Shown here: piece after piece, positions 19,703 through 28,829 of the stretch
How positions within the stretch are numbered: position 1 is the first letter of the stretch
Layout: each line of letters opens with the position of its first letter
NCBI GenBank assembly: GCA_964438895.1
Contig: CAYTMJ010000020.1
Span: 30,408 to 94,407, forward strand
DNA from: an uncultured Syntrophobacterales bacterium
Lineage (GTDB): Bacteria; Desulfobacterota; Binatia; UBA9968; JAJDTQ01
DNA: 64,000 nucleotides
Reading direction: 5' to 3'
The notes under the pieces: model-generated
What the model saw: only the letters and a program-made list of their open reading frames with translations
Told to the model about the DNA's origin: nothing
Database searches by the model: none
Made by a program: the position numbers and the translations under genes

Positions 19703-20143
19703 ATGCGAACCGTTCAGATGACAAAAGAGCAAGCCTTGGCCCAGCGCCAGTGGTACATCGTCGACGCTGCGGACGTGGTGCTAGGGCGGATGGCGACGGA
19801 GATCGCGAGAGTTCTTCGCGGTAAGCACAAGCCGTCCTTCAGCCCACACGTGGACGGCGGGGATTTTGTCATCGTCGTAAATGCCGGGCGTGTTAAGGTG
19901 ACCGGTGCGAAGGAGAGCGACAAGCGCTATTACCGCCATACTGGGTATCCGGGAGGCCTTCGGGTTACGAGCCTGTCCGAGATGCGGGAGAAGAAACCGG
20001 AAGCGGTGGTGCGATTGGCGGTGAAGGGGATGTTACCGAAGAACCGCCTCGGACGGGGGCAGCTCAACAAGCTTAAGATCTACAGTGGTTCGGAGCATCC
20101 ACATGAGGCGCAGTTGCCCGAGCCTCTTATAATAGGCGGTTAG
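19703..20143 (+). CDS. rplM: 50S ribosomal protein L13
   Basis: Contains [28 protein letters not shown], typical of L13. Followed by rpsI. Confidence 0.93.
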   Translation: MRTVQMTKEQALAQRQWYIVDAADVVLGRMATEIARVLRGKHKPSFSPHVDGGDFVIVVNAGRVKVTGAKESDKRYYRHTGYPGGLRVTSLSEMREKKPEAVVRLAVKGMLPKNRLGRGQLNKLKIYSGSEHPHEAQLPEPLIIGG

Positions 20144-20154
20144 AGATCGATAAT

Positions 20155-20547
20155 ATGGCGGACGAGTTGGTATATGCGACTGGCAGGCGTAAGACGTCGG
20201 TTGCGCGTATTTTTCTGAAGCGGGGGAACGGGGACATCCGGATCAATAGCCGGACCTTAGAGGATTATTTCGGCCGTGAAACGGCACGGATGATAGTCCG
20301 CCAACCATTTCAGACGATACAAACGCTGGGGGATTTTGACATCGTTGCCAACGTTAAAGGAGGCGGGATCTCGGGTCAGGCCGGTGCGATCCGACATGGC
20401 ATTACCCGCGCGCTGATGAAGGTCGACGATGGTTTTCGTGGCCCACTGAAAAAGGCGGGCTATGTTACACGAGACCCGCGTGCAGTGGAGCGAAAAAAAT
20501 ACGGCCGGCACAAGGCACGCAAGCGGCCACAATTCTCCAAGCGCTGA
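20155..20547 (+). CDS. rpsI: 30S ribosomal protein S9
   Basis: Contains [31 protein letters not shown] and the C-terminal [11 protein letters not shown]. Confidence 0.95.
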   Translation: MADELVYATGRRKTSVARIFLKRGNGDIRINSRTLEDYFGRETARMIVRQPFQTIQTLGDFDIVANVKGGGISGQAGAIRHGITRALMKVDDGFRGPLKKAGYVTRDPRAVERKKYGRHKARKRPQFSKR

Positions 20548-20574
20548 TCGCTAGTCGTCCTCCTGACGATTACT

Positions 20575-21687
20575 TCATTCCGTGCCTGCATAAAAGAACG
20601 AGCTAAGTAATCCCATCAGTATGTTCGGCAGCCATGCCGCTAGCCAGGGCTGAATCGCACCCGCCGTTCCCAGCGACACGCAGAAGCCTAGTAAAACCCA
20701 ATAGGAAAACCCAATTGTAATGGTCAGGCCAAAGTTGAGGGCGAGGTTCCCCCGTCCCCCTGGTTTGACTGCGAATGCAACCGCCAACAGGATGATTAGG
20801 GGTGTCACCAGCGGGATCGCCAGCTTGGTGTGAAGATGAACGCTATCCCCTGCTGTGTCAATGCCCTTTCCTTGCAAATCGGCGATCCGTGTTTTCAGCT
20901 CGAAGTAGCTGAACTCGTCAGGCGAACGAGCGAAGATCCGAAAGTCTTCCGGCTTTTCGCCAAGCGGCACTGTTGATCCGAGCGGAGTCTTGCTAAGGCC
21001 TCCCCCCTCTAGTAGGCGCCAAACAGTGCCCCCGTTGGGCACCCAGCGGCCGCCGTCCCAGGTCGCCTCTGGGGTTTCAACGAGCTCTTTAATCGAAAAT
21101 TCCGGCGTGAGCCGGTAGATTAACAGACCGTGGAGTCTCCCGGTTTCAGGATCAAAATGGTCGGCTCTTATGAACGCGTCGCTACTCCGCATCCATATTT
21201 CCTTGTCACCAAAAAGTGATCGTTGTGTCTTCTTGTGAACATCCCTGTCGTAGATGTGTTTCGCCTGGCGCGTAGAGAACGGGACCGCGGTTTCGTTCCA
21301 TAAAAACGCGGCGCCGCTGATCCCGAGGGCGGCCAATAGGAACGGCAATGTCAACCGGTGGATGCTAATACCGCAGGCACCGATGGCGATCAGCTCCTGA
21401 CGTCGGGCTAGTGAGCCGAGAGTAAGGAATGCTGCGAATAGCGCGGCGAAGCCGATGACACGGGAGGCCATCAGCGGTAACCGGTAGATGAAGAACCATA
21501 TGGCCGTCGATAGGGTCGCGTTGCTCCCCATGAAGTTGTCGACCCGATTGAAGATATCGCCCATCAGGTGCAACAGCATGATCACCAGTAAAGTTCCGCA
21601 GAAGTTGCTGAAGAAGTGCCTCAACAAGTAGCAATCGAGAGTTCCCCCTAGGGAGGGGTCGACAAGGGGTCGTCGCAAATCGATCAT
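20575..21687 (-). CDS. lptG: LPS export ABC transporter permease LptG (YjgP/YjgQ family)
   Basis: A multi-TM protein with TLDCYLLRHFF near its N-terminus. The start ATG 21687-21685 overlaps the lptF stop (ATGA). The longer ORF to 21834 overlaps lptF and is rejected. Confidence 0.85.
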   Translation of the reverse strand: MIDLRRPLVDPSLGGTLDCYLLRHFFSNFCGTLLVIMLLHLMGDIFNRVDNFMGSNATLSTAIWFFIYRLPLMASRVIGFAALFAAFLTLGSLARRQELIAIGACGISIHRLTLPFLLAALGISGAAFLWNETAVPFSTRQAKHIYDRDVHKKTQRSLFGDKEIWMRSSDAFIRADHFDPETGRLHGLLIYRLTPEFSIKELVETPEATWDGGRWVPNGGTVWRLLEGGGLSKTPLGSTVPLGEKPEDFRIFARSPDEFSYFELKTRIADLQGKGIDTAGDSVHLHTKLAIPLVTPLIILLAVAFAVKPGGRGNLALNFGLTITIGFSYWVLLGFCVSLGTAGAIQPWLAAWLPNILMGLLSSFFYAGTE

Positions 21688-22877
21688 TTCTCCGGGACCT
21701 CGCGGGTGATCAGCCGCCGTCCCAGGGCCTGCAAGAATGCCCCGACCTTGGAACCAGGCGGTGGCGAAGATTCTCGCACGGTCCCCATGAATAGATAGAC
21801 CGAGGCGAGCCCGACGACGATGTTGGGGAGCCACAGTGCCAACCAGGGAGGCAGTTTTTCACTCTCGCCCATGGCCGTTCCAACTGAGAGCAGGGCGTAA
21901 TAGGCGAACAGCCAAGAAATGCACGAGGCGATTCCCTGGGAGTGCCCTCGCCGCAATGTGCTTGGGGCCAATACGATGGCGATACCGAGCAAGCCAAACA
22001 CCAGTGGGGCGAACGGCAACGCGAACCTCCGGTGTAGTTCCATCAGTTCTGGAACGGCGTCGGAACCCTTCGCCAGCTTGGAACGGACCACTCCGTTTAG
22101 TTGTTGCAGTGGCATCTCTCTGGGGCTTTGCCGCCCTAGGCCCAGTGGCGACAAGACGTCGTCCAACTCGAGGTTGAGGTCGTAGACGTTAAAGGACGTC
22201 TGGTTAAAACCAGATCGCGAAGATCGTCGTTCATGGATCATGCCGTCGAACAATCTCAAACCGATGGACTTAGTCTCGTTGTCGTAAAGTAGCAGGCCTA
22301 CCCGTCCGATGATAAGATGCTCTACTGCTTGGTTCCTTTGGTCAACGATTAGGACGCCTTGGAAGGTGTTACCTGGAGGAAGGATCTGGTCCACGTAGAC
22401 CAGGACCTCGGGGAAGAGGTCGTTGAACACCTTTTCCTTGAGTAGCGATCCGGCGCGGCTTTCAGCAACAGCATAGAGTTCTCTTTTGAGCGCGAGATTG
22501 GCGGCGGGGCGCGCGAAGATCGACAATCCAAGGGTCAGCAGCGATACTGTCAGGGCCACTATGGCTACGGGTGTTAGAAAGTGGAATGGACTGATGCCAC
22601 ATGCTTTAAAGGCTAGCGTTTCGTTGTCTCGCGAAAGGCGGCCGCAACCGTAAAGTATCCCTAGCAGGAAAGCCATAGGTACAGTGGTTTCCAGTAGGGT
22701 GGGAAGGATGAGTGCGAAGAGCTTGGTGATCTGACTTAGGGGAGCGCCACGGCTGACGACGAGCTCGATGAGCTTTACGATACGGCCGGCAAGGAATACG
22801 AGGGTGAAGGCAAGAAGCCCAACCAGAAAGGGCGGGATGATTTGGCCAGCTACATAGGCGCTCAGGGTCCGATGCAC
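21684..22877 (-). CDS. lptF: LPS export ABC transporter permease LptF (YjgP/YjgQ family)
   Basis: A multi-TM permease whose N-terminus VHRTLSAYVAGQIIPPF resembles the LptF start. GTG 22877 is preferred. The GTG 22925 start in the ORF track would overlap the divergent rlmB-like gene. The start remains uncertain. Confidence 0.8.
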   Translation of the reverse strand: MHRTLSAYVAGQIIPPFLVGLLAFTLVFLAGRIVKLIELVVSRGAPLSQITKLFALILPTLLETTVPMAFLLGILYGCGRLSRDNETLAFKACGISPFHFLTPVAIVALTVSLLTLGLSIFARPAANLALKRELYAVAESRAGSLLKEKVFNDLFPEVLVYVDQILPPGNTFQGVLIVDQRNQAVEHLIIGRVGLLLYDNETKSIGLRLFDGMIHERRSSRSGFNQTSFNVYDLNLELDDVLSPLGLGRQSPREMPLQQLNGVVRSKLAKGSDAVPELMELHRRFALPFAPLVFGLLGIAIVLAPSTLRRGHSQGIASCISWLFAYYALLSVGTAMGESEKLPPWLALWLPNIVVGLASVYLFMGTVRESSPPPGSKVGAFLQALGRRLITREVPEK

Positions 22878-22900
22878 ATCGGAGATGGTAGCTTTCTTTG

Positions 22901-23698
22901 ATGAATTCCTCAATCCAGAACCCACACGAAATTAGTTCCCATAGATCGGCCTTGCTCTACGGCGTACACCCGGTGTTGGAGAAGCTTCAGACTGCGCCCG
23001 ATGACATTATTGAAATCCTTTTAGTTGGCGGTAGACGAGGTGCCTCGCTACGCAAGGTCGAGCAGATTGCTCGGAAGGAGAGCTGCCGGGTATCGGATAT
23101 CGACATCGGGGGCCTGAACGCCTTGACGCACGGTGGTCGACATCAGGGAGTTGCGGCTCGGGTAGCGCCCTTCGCTTACCGGTCTTTCGAGGAACTGTTG
23201 GCGGCGTCAAGTGGTATGAGTGCGGACTGCGTTTTGTTTCTGGATGGCGTGTTGGACCCTCGGAATCTTGGTGGTATTCTCCGTACCTCCGAGGCCATGG
23301 GGGTGGGTCGCGTTGTTATACCTACGAATCGGGCGGCTGGCATCACAGCATCTGTGATCAAGGCATCCTCCGGGGCAGCCCACCATATCGAAGTGTATCG
23401 TGTCCCCAATCTCCTCCGCGGGCTCGCTGCTCTCCGGGAAATGGGCTACTGGGTGTTTGGTCTAGATGTGCACCAGGGAAGTAGCGCCTACGATCGGGTT
23501 TATCCGGAAAAGCTGGTCGTTGTGTTGGGCGGAGAGGAGCGAGGGATCCGGCCGTTGATTCGACGGAACTGTGACCATCTGGTTTCCATCCCCATGGATG
23601 GGCGGGTGGGCTCCCTGAACGTGGGAGTAGCCTGGGGCATGTTTGCGTATGAGTTGACAAGGCAACGGCTTTCAACGATTTCGCATCCGGCCCGTTGA
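22901..23698 (+). CDS. rlmB: SpoU/TrmH-family RNA 2'-O-methyltransferase (RlmB-like)
   Basis: N-terminal LYGVHPVLEKL (SpoU substrate-binding region), then LVVVLGGEERGIRP and GSLNVGVA (SPOUT knot motifs). The start is ATG 22901. Confidence 0.75.
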   Translation: MNSSIQNPHEISSHRSALLYGVHPVLEKLQTAPDDIIEILLVGGRRGASLRKVEQIARKESCRVSDIDIGGLNALTHGGRHQGVAARVAPFAYRSFEELLAASSGMSADCVLFLDGVLDPRNLGGILRTSEAMGVGRVVIPTNRAAGITASVIKASSGAAHHIEVYRVPNLLRGLAALREMGYWVFGLDVHQGSSAYDRVYPEKLVVVLGGEERGIRPLIRRNCDHLVSIPMDGRVGSLNVGVAWGMFAYELTRQRLSTISHPAR

Positions 23699-23824
23699 CA
23701 TCCCTTATGATTAATGCTTAATTTCGGCCGTGTCGCTAGCTGACCTTTGCCCTGTTTTCTAGAAAGAGGGACAGGGTAGGTGTGGCTTTTTGTTCTTAAG
23801 CGCGCGATGGCGACGGATGTATCC

Positions 23825-23899
23825 GCTGGCGTAGCTCAACGGTAGAGCAGCTGATTTGTAATCAGCAGGTTGTAGGTTCAACTCCTATCGCCAGCTCCA
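23825..23899 (+). tRNA. tRNA-Thr(TGT)
   Basis: Acceptor GCTGGCG/CGCCAGC, anticodon stem GCTGA/TCAGC, loop TTTGTAA. CCA is encoded. Confidence 0.9.
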
Positions 23900-23976
23900 A
23901 GTGGGTGATTTCATTGGCAGAGGCCTCTTTTAGGGGGCCTTTCCTATTCGAGCAAGTGCCAGGATGGACGAGTCAG

Positions 23977-24062
23977 GGAGAGGTTCCCGAGTGGTCAAAG
24001 GGAGCAGACTGTAAATCTGCCGCCGATCGGCTTCGGAGGTTCGAATCCTCCCCTCTCCACCA
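23977..24062 (+). tRNA. tRNA-Tyr(GTA)
   Basis: Acceptor GGAGAGG/CCTCTCC, anticodon loop CTGTAAA and a long variable arm. Close to the classical bacterial tRNA-Tyr pattern. CCA is encoded. Confidence 0.9.
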
Positions 24063-24099
24063 TCAGCTGAAGGACTCCATAGAGACGGGAGTCGGTTTC

Positions 24100-24176
24100 G
24101 CGGGAATAGCTCAGTTGGCTAGAGCACGAGCCTTCCAAGCTCGGGGTCGCGGGTTCGAATCCCGTTTCCCGCTCCA
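24100..24176 (+). tRNA. tRNA-Gly(TCC)
   Basis: Acceptor GCGGGAA/TTCCCGC, anticodon stem CGAGC/GCTCG, loop CTTCCAA. CCA is encoded. Confidence 0.9.
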
Positions 24177-24299
24177 AAGTGAACCAGTGTGGATGCCGAG
24201 GACGTAAGGCCTTGGTGCTGAACAGGGAAGCCACACGAGAGCCCGTGGAACGCGGCGCGGTGGCCTGAAAGGCCTTGGTTGTGTGTCACGGGACCCCAC

Positions 24300-24372
24300 G
24301 CCCAGGTAGCTCAGTCGGTAGAGCACGTCCTTGGTAAGGACGAGGTCGGCGGTTCAAGCCCGCTCCTGGGCT
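24300..24372 (+). tRNA. tRNA-Thr(GGT)
   Basis: Acceptor GCCCAGG/CCTGGGC, anticodon stem CGTCC/GGACG, loop TTGGTAA. CCA is not encoded. Confidence 0.9.
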
Positions 24373-24426
24373 TTGCCTTTTTGTGAGCCATTGAATCAAG
24401 TTGGGTGACACCTACAGGAGGAGAAG

Positions 24427-25617
24427 ATGAGCAAGGCGAAATTTGAGCGAACGAAACCACATCTCAATATTGGTACCATCGGTCACGTCGATCACGGGAA
24501 GACGACGCTGACGGCGGCTATTACCAAGGTGCTCGCGGAAAAGGGAGGTGCGGATTTCGTACCGTTCGACCAGATTGACAAGGCACCGGAGGAGCGGGAG
24601 CGGGGTGTCACCATTAATATCGCGCATGTGGAATACCAGACGGACAAGCGGCATTACGCTCACGTGGACTGCCCCGGTCACGCGGACTATGTCAAGAATA
24701 TGATCACAGGCGCCGCGCAGATGGATGGCGCGGTTCTGGTTGTTTCAGCGGCTGACGGACCCATGCCGCAGACTCGCGAGCACATTCTGCTAGCCCGGCA
24801 AGTGGGTGTTCCCTCAATCGTGGTCTACCTCAACAAGGCGGACACGGTGGATGATCCTGAGTTGCTGGAGCTTGTGGAGTTGGAAGTCAGGGAACTGCTT
24901 TCCAAATACCAGTTCCCAGGCGACGATATTCCGGTCGTCTCTGGTAGCGCTCTTAAGGCGCTCGAGGGCGAAGAGGGGGAGTTGGGGACCGAGTCGATAC
25001 TCAAGTTGATGGATGCGGTGGACGCCTATGTCCCCGATCCGCAGCGGGATGTGGATAAACCGTTCATTATGCCGGTGGAAGACGTCTTTACCATCAGCGG
25101 TCGTGGCACTGTGGTGACCGGTCGCGTCGAGCGCGGGATCGTTCACGTAGGGGACGAGATTGAGATCGTAGGCTTGAAAGAGACCACGAAGACCGTAGCG
25201 ACGGGTGTCGAAATGTTCCGGAAGCTGCTTGACGAAGGTCAGGCCGGTGACAACATTGGGGTTCTTCTCAGGGGCGTCAAGCGTGACGAGGTGGAGCGGG
25301 GCCAGGTGTTGGCTAAACCCAAGACCGTTACCCCGCATACCAAATTCAAGGCCGAAGCGTACATTCTGACCAAGGAAGAAGGTGGACGCCATACGCCGTT
25401 CTTCAACGGCTATCGGCCCCAGTTCTATTTTCGCACCACCGACGTCACCGGTGTGGCGACGCTCCCCGAGGGCACCGAGATGATCATGCCCGGAGACAAT
25501 GCGCAAATGGAAGTCGACCTCATCTCCTCTATCGCCTTGGATGATGGGCTGCGCTTCGCTATCCGGGAAGGTGGTCGAACTGTGGGCGCAGGCGTCGTGA
25601 CGGAAATTGTCCAGTAG
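24427..25617 (+). CDS. tuf: elongation factor Tu
   Basis: GTPase motifs [17 protein letters not shown] and NKAD. 396 aa, collinear with EF-Tu. Confidence 0.98.
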   Translation: MSKAKFERTKPHLNIGTIGHVDHGKTTLTAAITKVLAEKGGADFVPFDQIDKAPEERERGVTINIAHVEYQTDKRHYAHVDCPGHADYVKNMITGAAQMDGAVLVVSAADGPMPQTREHILLARQVGVPSIVVYLNKADTVDDPELLELVELEVRELLSKYQFPGDDIPVVSGSALKALEGEEGELGTESILKLMDAVDAYVPDPQRDVDKPFIMPVEDVFTISGRGTVVTGRVERGIVHVGDEIEIVGLKETTKTVATGVEMFRKLLDEGQAGDNIGVLLRGVKRDEVERGQVLAKPKTVTPHTKFKAEAYILTKEEGGRHTPFFNGYRPQFYFRTTDVTGVATLPEGTEMIMPGDNAQMEVDLISSIALDDGLRFAIREGGRTVGAGVVTEIVQ

Positions 25618-25630
25618 GTGGAGGTGAGAA

Positions 25631-25783
25631 ATGCGTGACTTGGTGGGGCTCGCATGTGACCGGTGTAAACGCAAGAACTACACCACGACTAAAAACAAGA
25701 AAAAAACTACAGACAAGCTGGAATTCAAAAAGTTCTGTAATGGCTGCCGTACGCACACGGCACACAAGGAAATCCGGGTCTGA
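25631..25783 (+). CDS. rpmG: 50S ribosomal protein L33 (Cys-containing zinc-ribbon form)
   Basis: Not in the ORF track (50 aa). My translation is MRDLVGLACDRCKRKNYTTTKNKKKTTDKLEFKKFCNGCRTHTAHKEIRV, with GAGGTGAG upstream. Confidence 0.9.
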   Translation: MRDLVGLACDRCKRKNYTTTKNKKKTTDKLEFKKFCNGCRTHTAHKEIRV

Positions 25784-25795
25784 GGCAACGGAGCC

Positions 25796-25872
25796 GGGTC
25801 AGTAGCTCCAATTGGTAGAGCACCGGACTCCAAATCCGGCTGTTGCAGGTTCGAGTCCTGCCTGACCCGCCA
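25796..25872 (+). tRNA. tRNA-Trp(CCA)
   Basis: Acceptor GGGTCAG/CTGACCC, anticodon stem CCGGA/TCCGG, loop CTCCAAA. CCA is encoded. Confidence 0.9.
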
Positions 25873-25886
25873 GTTCATCGCCGACG

Positions 25887-26099
25887 ATGGAAAAACTTAC
25901 TGATTCGTTCGCCTTCATGGCGCGGGTGACCGACTTCTTTCGTGAAGCGTGGCAGGAGTTGAAGAGGGTACACTGGCCCACTAGGCGAGAGACATACGCG
26001 GCAACGGGGATCGTGGTGCTTGTGGTGATCTTCTTCGCCATCTATTTAGGGCTGGTCGATATACTCCTCTCTTATGGGAGACAGTGGTTGTTGCGGTGA
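25887..26099 (+). CDS. secE: preprotein translocase subunit SecE
   Basis: A 70-aa protein with FFREAWQELKRVHWPTRRET followed by a single TM helix. It occupies the canonical position before nusG. Confidence 0.9.
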   Translation: MEKLTDSFAFMARVTDFFREAWQELKRVHWPTRRETYAATGIVVLVVIFFAIYLGLVDILLSYGRQWLLR

Positions 26100-26120
26100 G
26101 GTGAGGTGATCGGAAGTCAC

Positions 26121-26654
26121 ATGGCAAAGAACTGGTATGTTGTTCATACATTTGCGGGCTTTGAGCACAAGGCCAAGGCTGCTCTCGAAGAGCGGTTGAG
26201 GGTGTTGGAGGACAACAACGATTGGTTCGGCGAGATCCTCGTGCCGGCAGAGACGGTCGTCGAATTAGTGAAAGGGAAGAAGCGAACGTCGTCGCGGAAG
26301 TTCTTCCCGGGGTACATGTTGGTTAAAATGGAGATGAATGACGAGACGTGGCACATCGTCAAATCGACTCCGAAGGTAACCGGGTTCGTGGGGGGTACTA
26401 CTCAGCCGCCATGGGTCAGTGAGGAGGAAGTACAGGCGATTACCCAGCAGATGGAGGAGGGCGCTGCAAGGCCCCGCCCCCGAGTGGTGTTTTCGGTGGG
26501 CGAAAGCGTCAAGGTAATCGACGGGCCCTTCTCTGAATTCAATGGGGTGGTTGAGGAAGTGAAGCCGGACAAGGGTAAGCTACGAGTGCTAATTAGCATC
26601 TTCGGCCGGGCTACCCCGGTGGAGTTGGACTTCATACAGGTAGAGCGGAGTTAG
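26121..26654 (+). CDS. nusG: transcription termination/antitermination factor NusG
   Basis: Starts MAKNWYVVHTFAGFEHKAK (NGN domain) and has a C-terminal KOW motif GESVKVIDGPFSEFNGVVEEV. The start is ATG 26121. Confidence 0.95.
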   Translation: MAKNWYVVHTFAGFEHKAKAALEERLRVLEDNNDWFGEILVPAETVVELVKGKKRTSSRKFFPGYMLVKMEMNDETWHIVKSTPKVTGFVGGTTQPPWVSEEEVQAITQQMEEGAARPRPRVVFSVGESVKVIDGPFSEFNGVVEEVKPDKGKLRVLISIFGRATPVELDFIQVERS

Positions 26655-26657
26655 GTC

Positions 26658-27080
26658 ATGGCTAAAAAGGTGATCGGGGAAATCAAGCTGCAGATCCCCG
26701 CTGGACAGGCGAATCCGAGTCCTCCGGTGGGCCCAGCGCTGGGTCAGCGGGGGGTCAATATCATGGAGTTTTGCAAGGCATTTAACGCGGCTACCCAGAC
26801 GGAACAGGGTATGATTACCCCGGTGGTTATTACCGTCTACGCCGATCGCACCTTCAGTTTTGTCACCAAGACTCCCCCGGCGGCAGTGTTGTTGAAGAAG
26901 GCTGCGGGTCTAGACAAGGGCGCGTCGGAGACCGGGAAGGCCATCGTGGGCGAGGTAACGAAGGCGCAGGTACAGGAGATCGCTCAAATAAAGATGCCCG
27001 ATTTGACCAGCGCTAGCATCGAAGCTGCGGTCAAAACTGTCGAAGGCACCGCGAGGAGCCTCGGCCTCAAGGTTGTTTGA
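26658..27080 (+). CDS. rplK: 50S ribosomal protein L11
   Basis: Contains [22 protein letters not shown]. Confidence 0.97.
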   Translation: MAKKVIGEIKLQIPAGQANPSPPVGPALGQRGVNIMEFCKAFNAATQTEQGMITPVVITVYADRTFSFVTKTPPAAVLLKKAAGLDKGASETGKAIVGEVTKAQVQEIAQIKMPDLTSASIEAAVKTVEGTARSLGLKVV

Positions 27081-27097
27081 CTGGGCCAGGAGTTGCC

Positions 27098-27802
27098 ATG
27101 AAAGCGAAGGGTAAAAAATATCAGGGCGCTGCCGAAAAGGTGGATAAAACGAAGAGGTATCTCCTGGAAGAGGGGATACGGGTCGTCAAGGAAACCGCTA
27201 CGGCGAAGTTTGATGAGACGGTTGAACTGACGGTTCGGCTCGGAGTCGACCCGCGCCAGGCGGATCAAAACATTCGTGGTGCGGTGGGGTTGCCACACGG
27301 TCTCGGTAAGCCCGTCAGGGTGTTGGCGTTTGCCAAGGGCGACAAAGAAAAGGAGGCCCAAGAGGCTGGCGCTGAATTCGTAGGCAACGACGACTTGATT
27401 AAGAAGATTACCGATGGTTGGCTCGATTTTGACAAGGTGGTGGCAACTCCCGACATGATGGGTGCTGTTGGGCGCATTGGCAAGATCCTTGGGCCCCGCG
27501 GACTAATGCCCAACCCGCGGTCCGGAACTGTGGCTGCGGAGATAGGTAAGGCGGTCGAGGAGATCAAGGCCGGGAGGCTTGAGTACCGGGTCGATAAGGC
27601 GGGTATTGTGCACCTTCCTATCGGCAAGGTGTCGTTTGAGGCCAACGCATTGCTGGACAATGCGAAGGCAGTGGTGGGTGCCCTGTTACGTGCCAAGCCC
27701 GCGGCGGCCAAGGGAACCTACATCAAGAGCGTGGCGGTGGCCGCGACCATGGGGCCTGGCATAAGGATCGATCCCGCGGAAGTTCGCGTTATGGGGGTTT
27801 GA
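27098..27802 (+). CDS. rplA: 50S ribosomal protein L1
   Basis: Starts [11 protein letters not shown] and contains [13 protein letters not shown]. The start is ATG 27098, with AGGAG at 27088-27092. Confidence 0.95.
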   Translation: MKAKGKKYQGAAEKVDKTKRYLLEEGIRVVKETATAKFDETVELTVRLGVDPRQADQNIRGAVGLPHGLGKPVRVLAFAKGDKEKEAQEAGAEFVGNDDLIKKITDGWLDFDKVVATPDMMGAVGRIGKILGPRGLMPNPRSGTVAAEIGKAVEEIKAGRLEYRVDKAGIVHLPIGKVSFEANALLDNAKAVVGALLRAKPAAAKGTYIKSVAVAATMGPGIRIDPAEVRVMGV

Positions 27803-27831
27803 GCGACCCGCGGAGCGGATTGGAGAATAGG

Positions 27832-28347
27832 GTGGATCGTCAGGAAAAGACCGCAATCGTTGACGCGTTCCAGGACAGATTCAAAACTGCCACTATGGCG
27901 GTGGTGACTGACTATCGGGGGCTGTCCGTCGGCAAGATGACGCAACTCCGTTGCGACGTTCGCGAGGTAGCTGGGGAATATAAGATCGCGAAAAATAATC
28001 TGGTCCGGCTTGCGATCAGGGACACGGCATTCCAAGTTCTCGAGGAGTTTCTCGCTGGGCCCAACGGTTGGGTGTTTGCGTACGATGACCCCGTAGGCCT
28101 ATCCAAGGCGCTGGTCAAGTTTGCGGGCGAGAATGACGAGTTGACAATCAAGGGGGCAGTCCTCGACGGGACCTTGCTCGCGCCAGAGCAGGTCAAGGGG
28201 TTGGCCATGTTGCCGACCCTGCCGGAGTTGCATGCCCAGGTGCTTTCGCTGATGCAGGCACCGGCGAGCCGGTTGTTGCAGACCATCCAGGAACCGGGGG
28301 GCCAGTTGGTGCGTTTGTTGGAGGCGTTCAGGGGAAGCAAGGAATAG
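27832..28347 (+). CDS. rplJ: 50S ribosomal protein L10
   Basis: Reads VDRQEKTAIVDAFQDRFKTATMAVVTDYRGLSV. GTG 27832, preceded by GGAGAA, is preferred over TTG 27799. Confidence 0.92.
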   Translation: MDRQEKTAIVDAFQDRFKTATMAVVTDYRGLSVGKMTQLRCDVREVAGEYKIAKNNLVRLAIRDTAFQVLEEFLAGPNGWVFAYDDPVGLSKALVKFAGENDELTIKGAVLDGTLLAPEQVKGLAMLPTLPELHAQVLSLMQAPASRLLQTIQEPGGQLVRLLEAFRGSKE

Positions 28348-28385
28348 GTTCGGAAGATTAAGGCAGTCGAAGGGGGAGTTCAACC

Positions 28386-28757
28386 ATGGAAGTGAGCAGG
28401 GAGCAAGTAAAGGACTTCATCAAGAACATGTCTCTGTTGGAGGCGGCCAGTCTGGTCAAAGAGCTGGAGGACGAACTCGGGGTTAGTGCTGCGGCGCCCG
28501 TAGCCGTGGCTGCGGCACCAGCGGCCGCCGCGGCGGCCGAGGAGCAGACCGAATTTGACGCCGTTCTCACCGGTGCTGGCGAAAAGAAGATCCAGGTCAT
28601 CAAGGTGGTTCGGGAGATCACTGGTTTGGGTCTAAAGGAGGCGAAGGAGCTCGTGGACGGAGCCCCCAAGAACGTGAAGGAGGGGGTTTCTAACGACGAG
28701 GCCGAGGAAATAAAGAAAAAGATCGAAGAGGTCGGCGGAAGCGTCGAAGTTAAGTAG
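28386..28757 (+). CDS. rplL: 50S ribosomal protein L7/L12
   Basis: Ala/Pro-rich hinge, then [24 protein letters not shown]. Confidence 0.97.
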   Translation: MEVSREQVKDFIKNMSLLEAASLVKELEDELGVSAAAPVAVAAAPAAAAAAEEQTEFDAVLTGAGEKKIQVIKVVREITGLGLKEAKELVDGAPKNVKEGVSNDEAEEIKKKIEEVGGSVEVK

Positions 28758-28796
28758 CGGAGCGGAAACCAGGGATAGGTCGGCGGAAGCGTCGAA
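28729..28796 (+). repeat. perfect 20-nt direct repeat (AGGTCGGCGGAAGCGTCGAA) at 28729-28748 and 28777-28796
   Basis: Read directly from the sequence. Copy 1 encodes the last residues of rplL (EVGGSVE). Copy 2 lies in the rplL-rpoB spacer, offset by 48 nt. Confidence 0.9.
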
Positions 28797-28829
28797 CATC
28801 ACTCTCAGGGCCGAGTGAAAGGGGTACAC

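Noticed and set aside
22877-22925. An apparent 5'-end overlap of the divergent lptF and rlmB-like genes.
   Set aside because: It most likely results from the ORF track's longest-ORF start for lptF. With GTG 22877 the two genes are separated by 23 nt.
23695-23776. A promoter (TTGACA 23695-23700 plus TTAATT) and a hairpin CCCTGT/ACAGGG (23750-23776) upstream of the tRNA-Thr/tuf cluster.
   Set aside because: The -10 match is poor (3/6). The hairpin has a 15-nt loop and no adjacent T-run, and the distance to tRNA-Thr is large. This is not sufficient for a feature call.
24814-25674. A 286-aa minus-strand ORF antisense to tuf. Similar long antisense ORFs lie at 16245-16892 (clpX), 31334-32146 (rpoB), 35865-36548 and 35909-36541 (rpoC), 47831-48547 (rpsE), 55980-56597 (trpC), 57407-58066 (folC) and 60036-60629 (lptD).
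   Set aside because: Each lies entirely inside a confidently identified, highly conserved gene on the other strand. The translations are low-complexity and Arg/Pro/Ser-rich, with no recognisable motifs. Long antisense ORFs are expected in GC-rich DNA.
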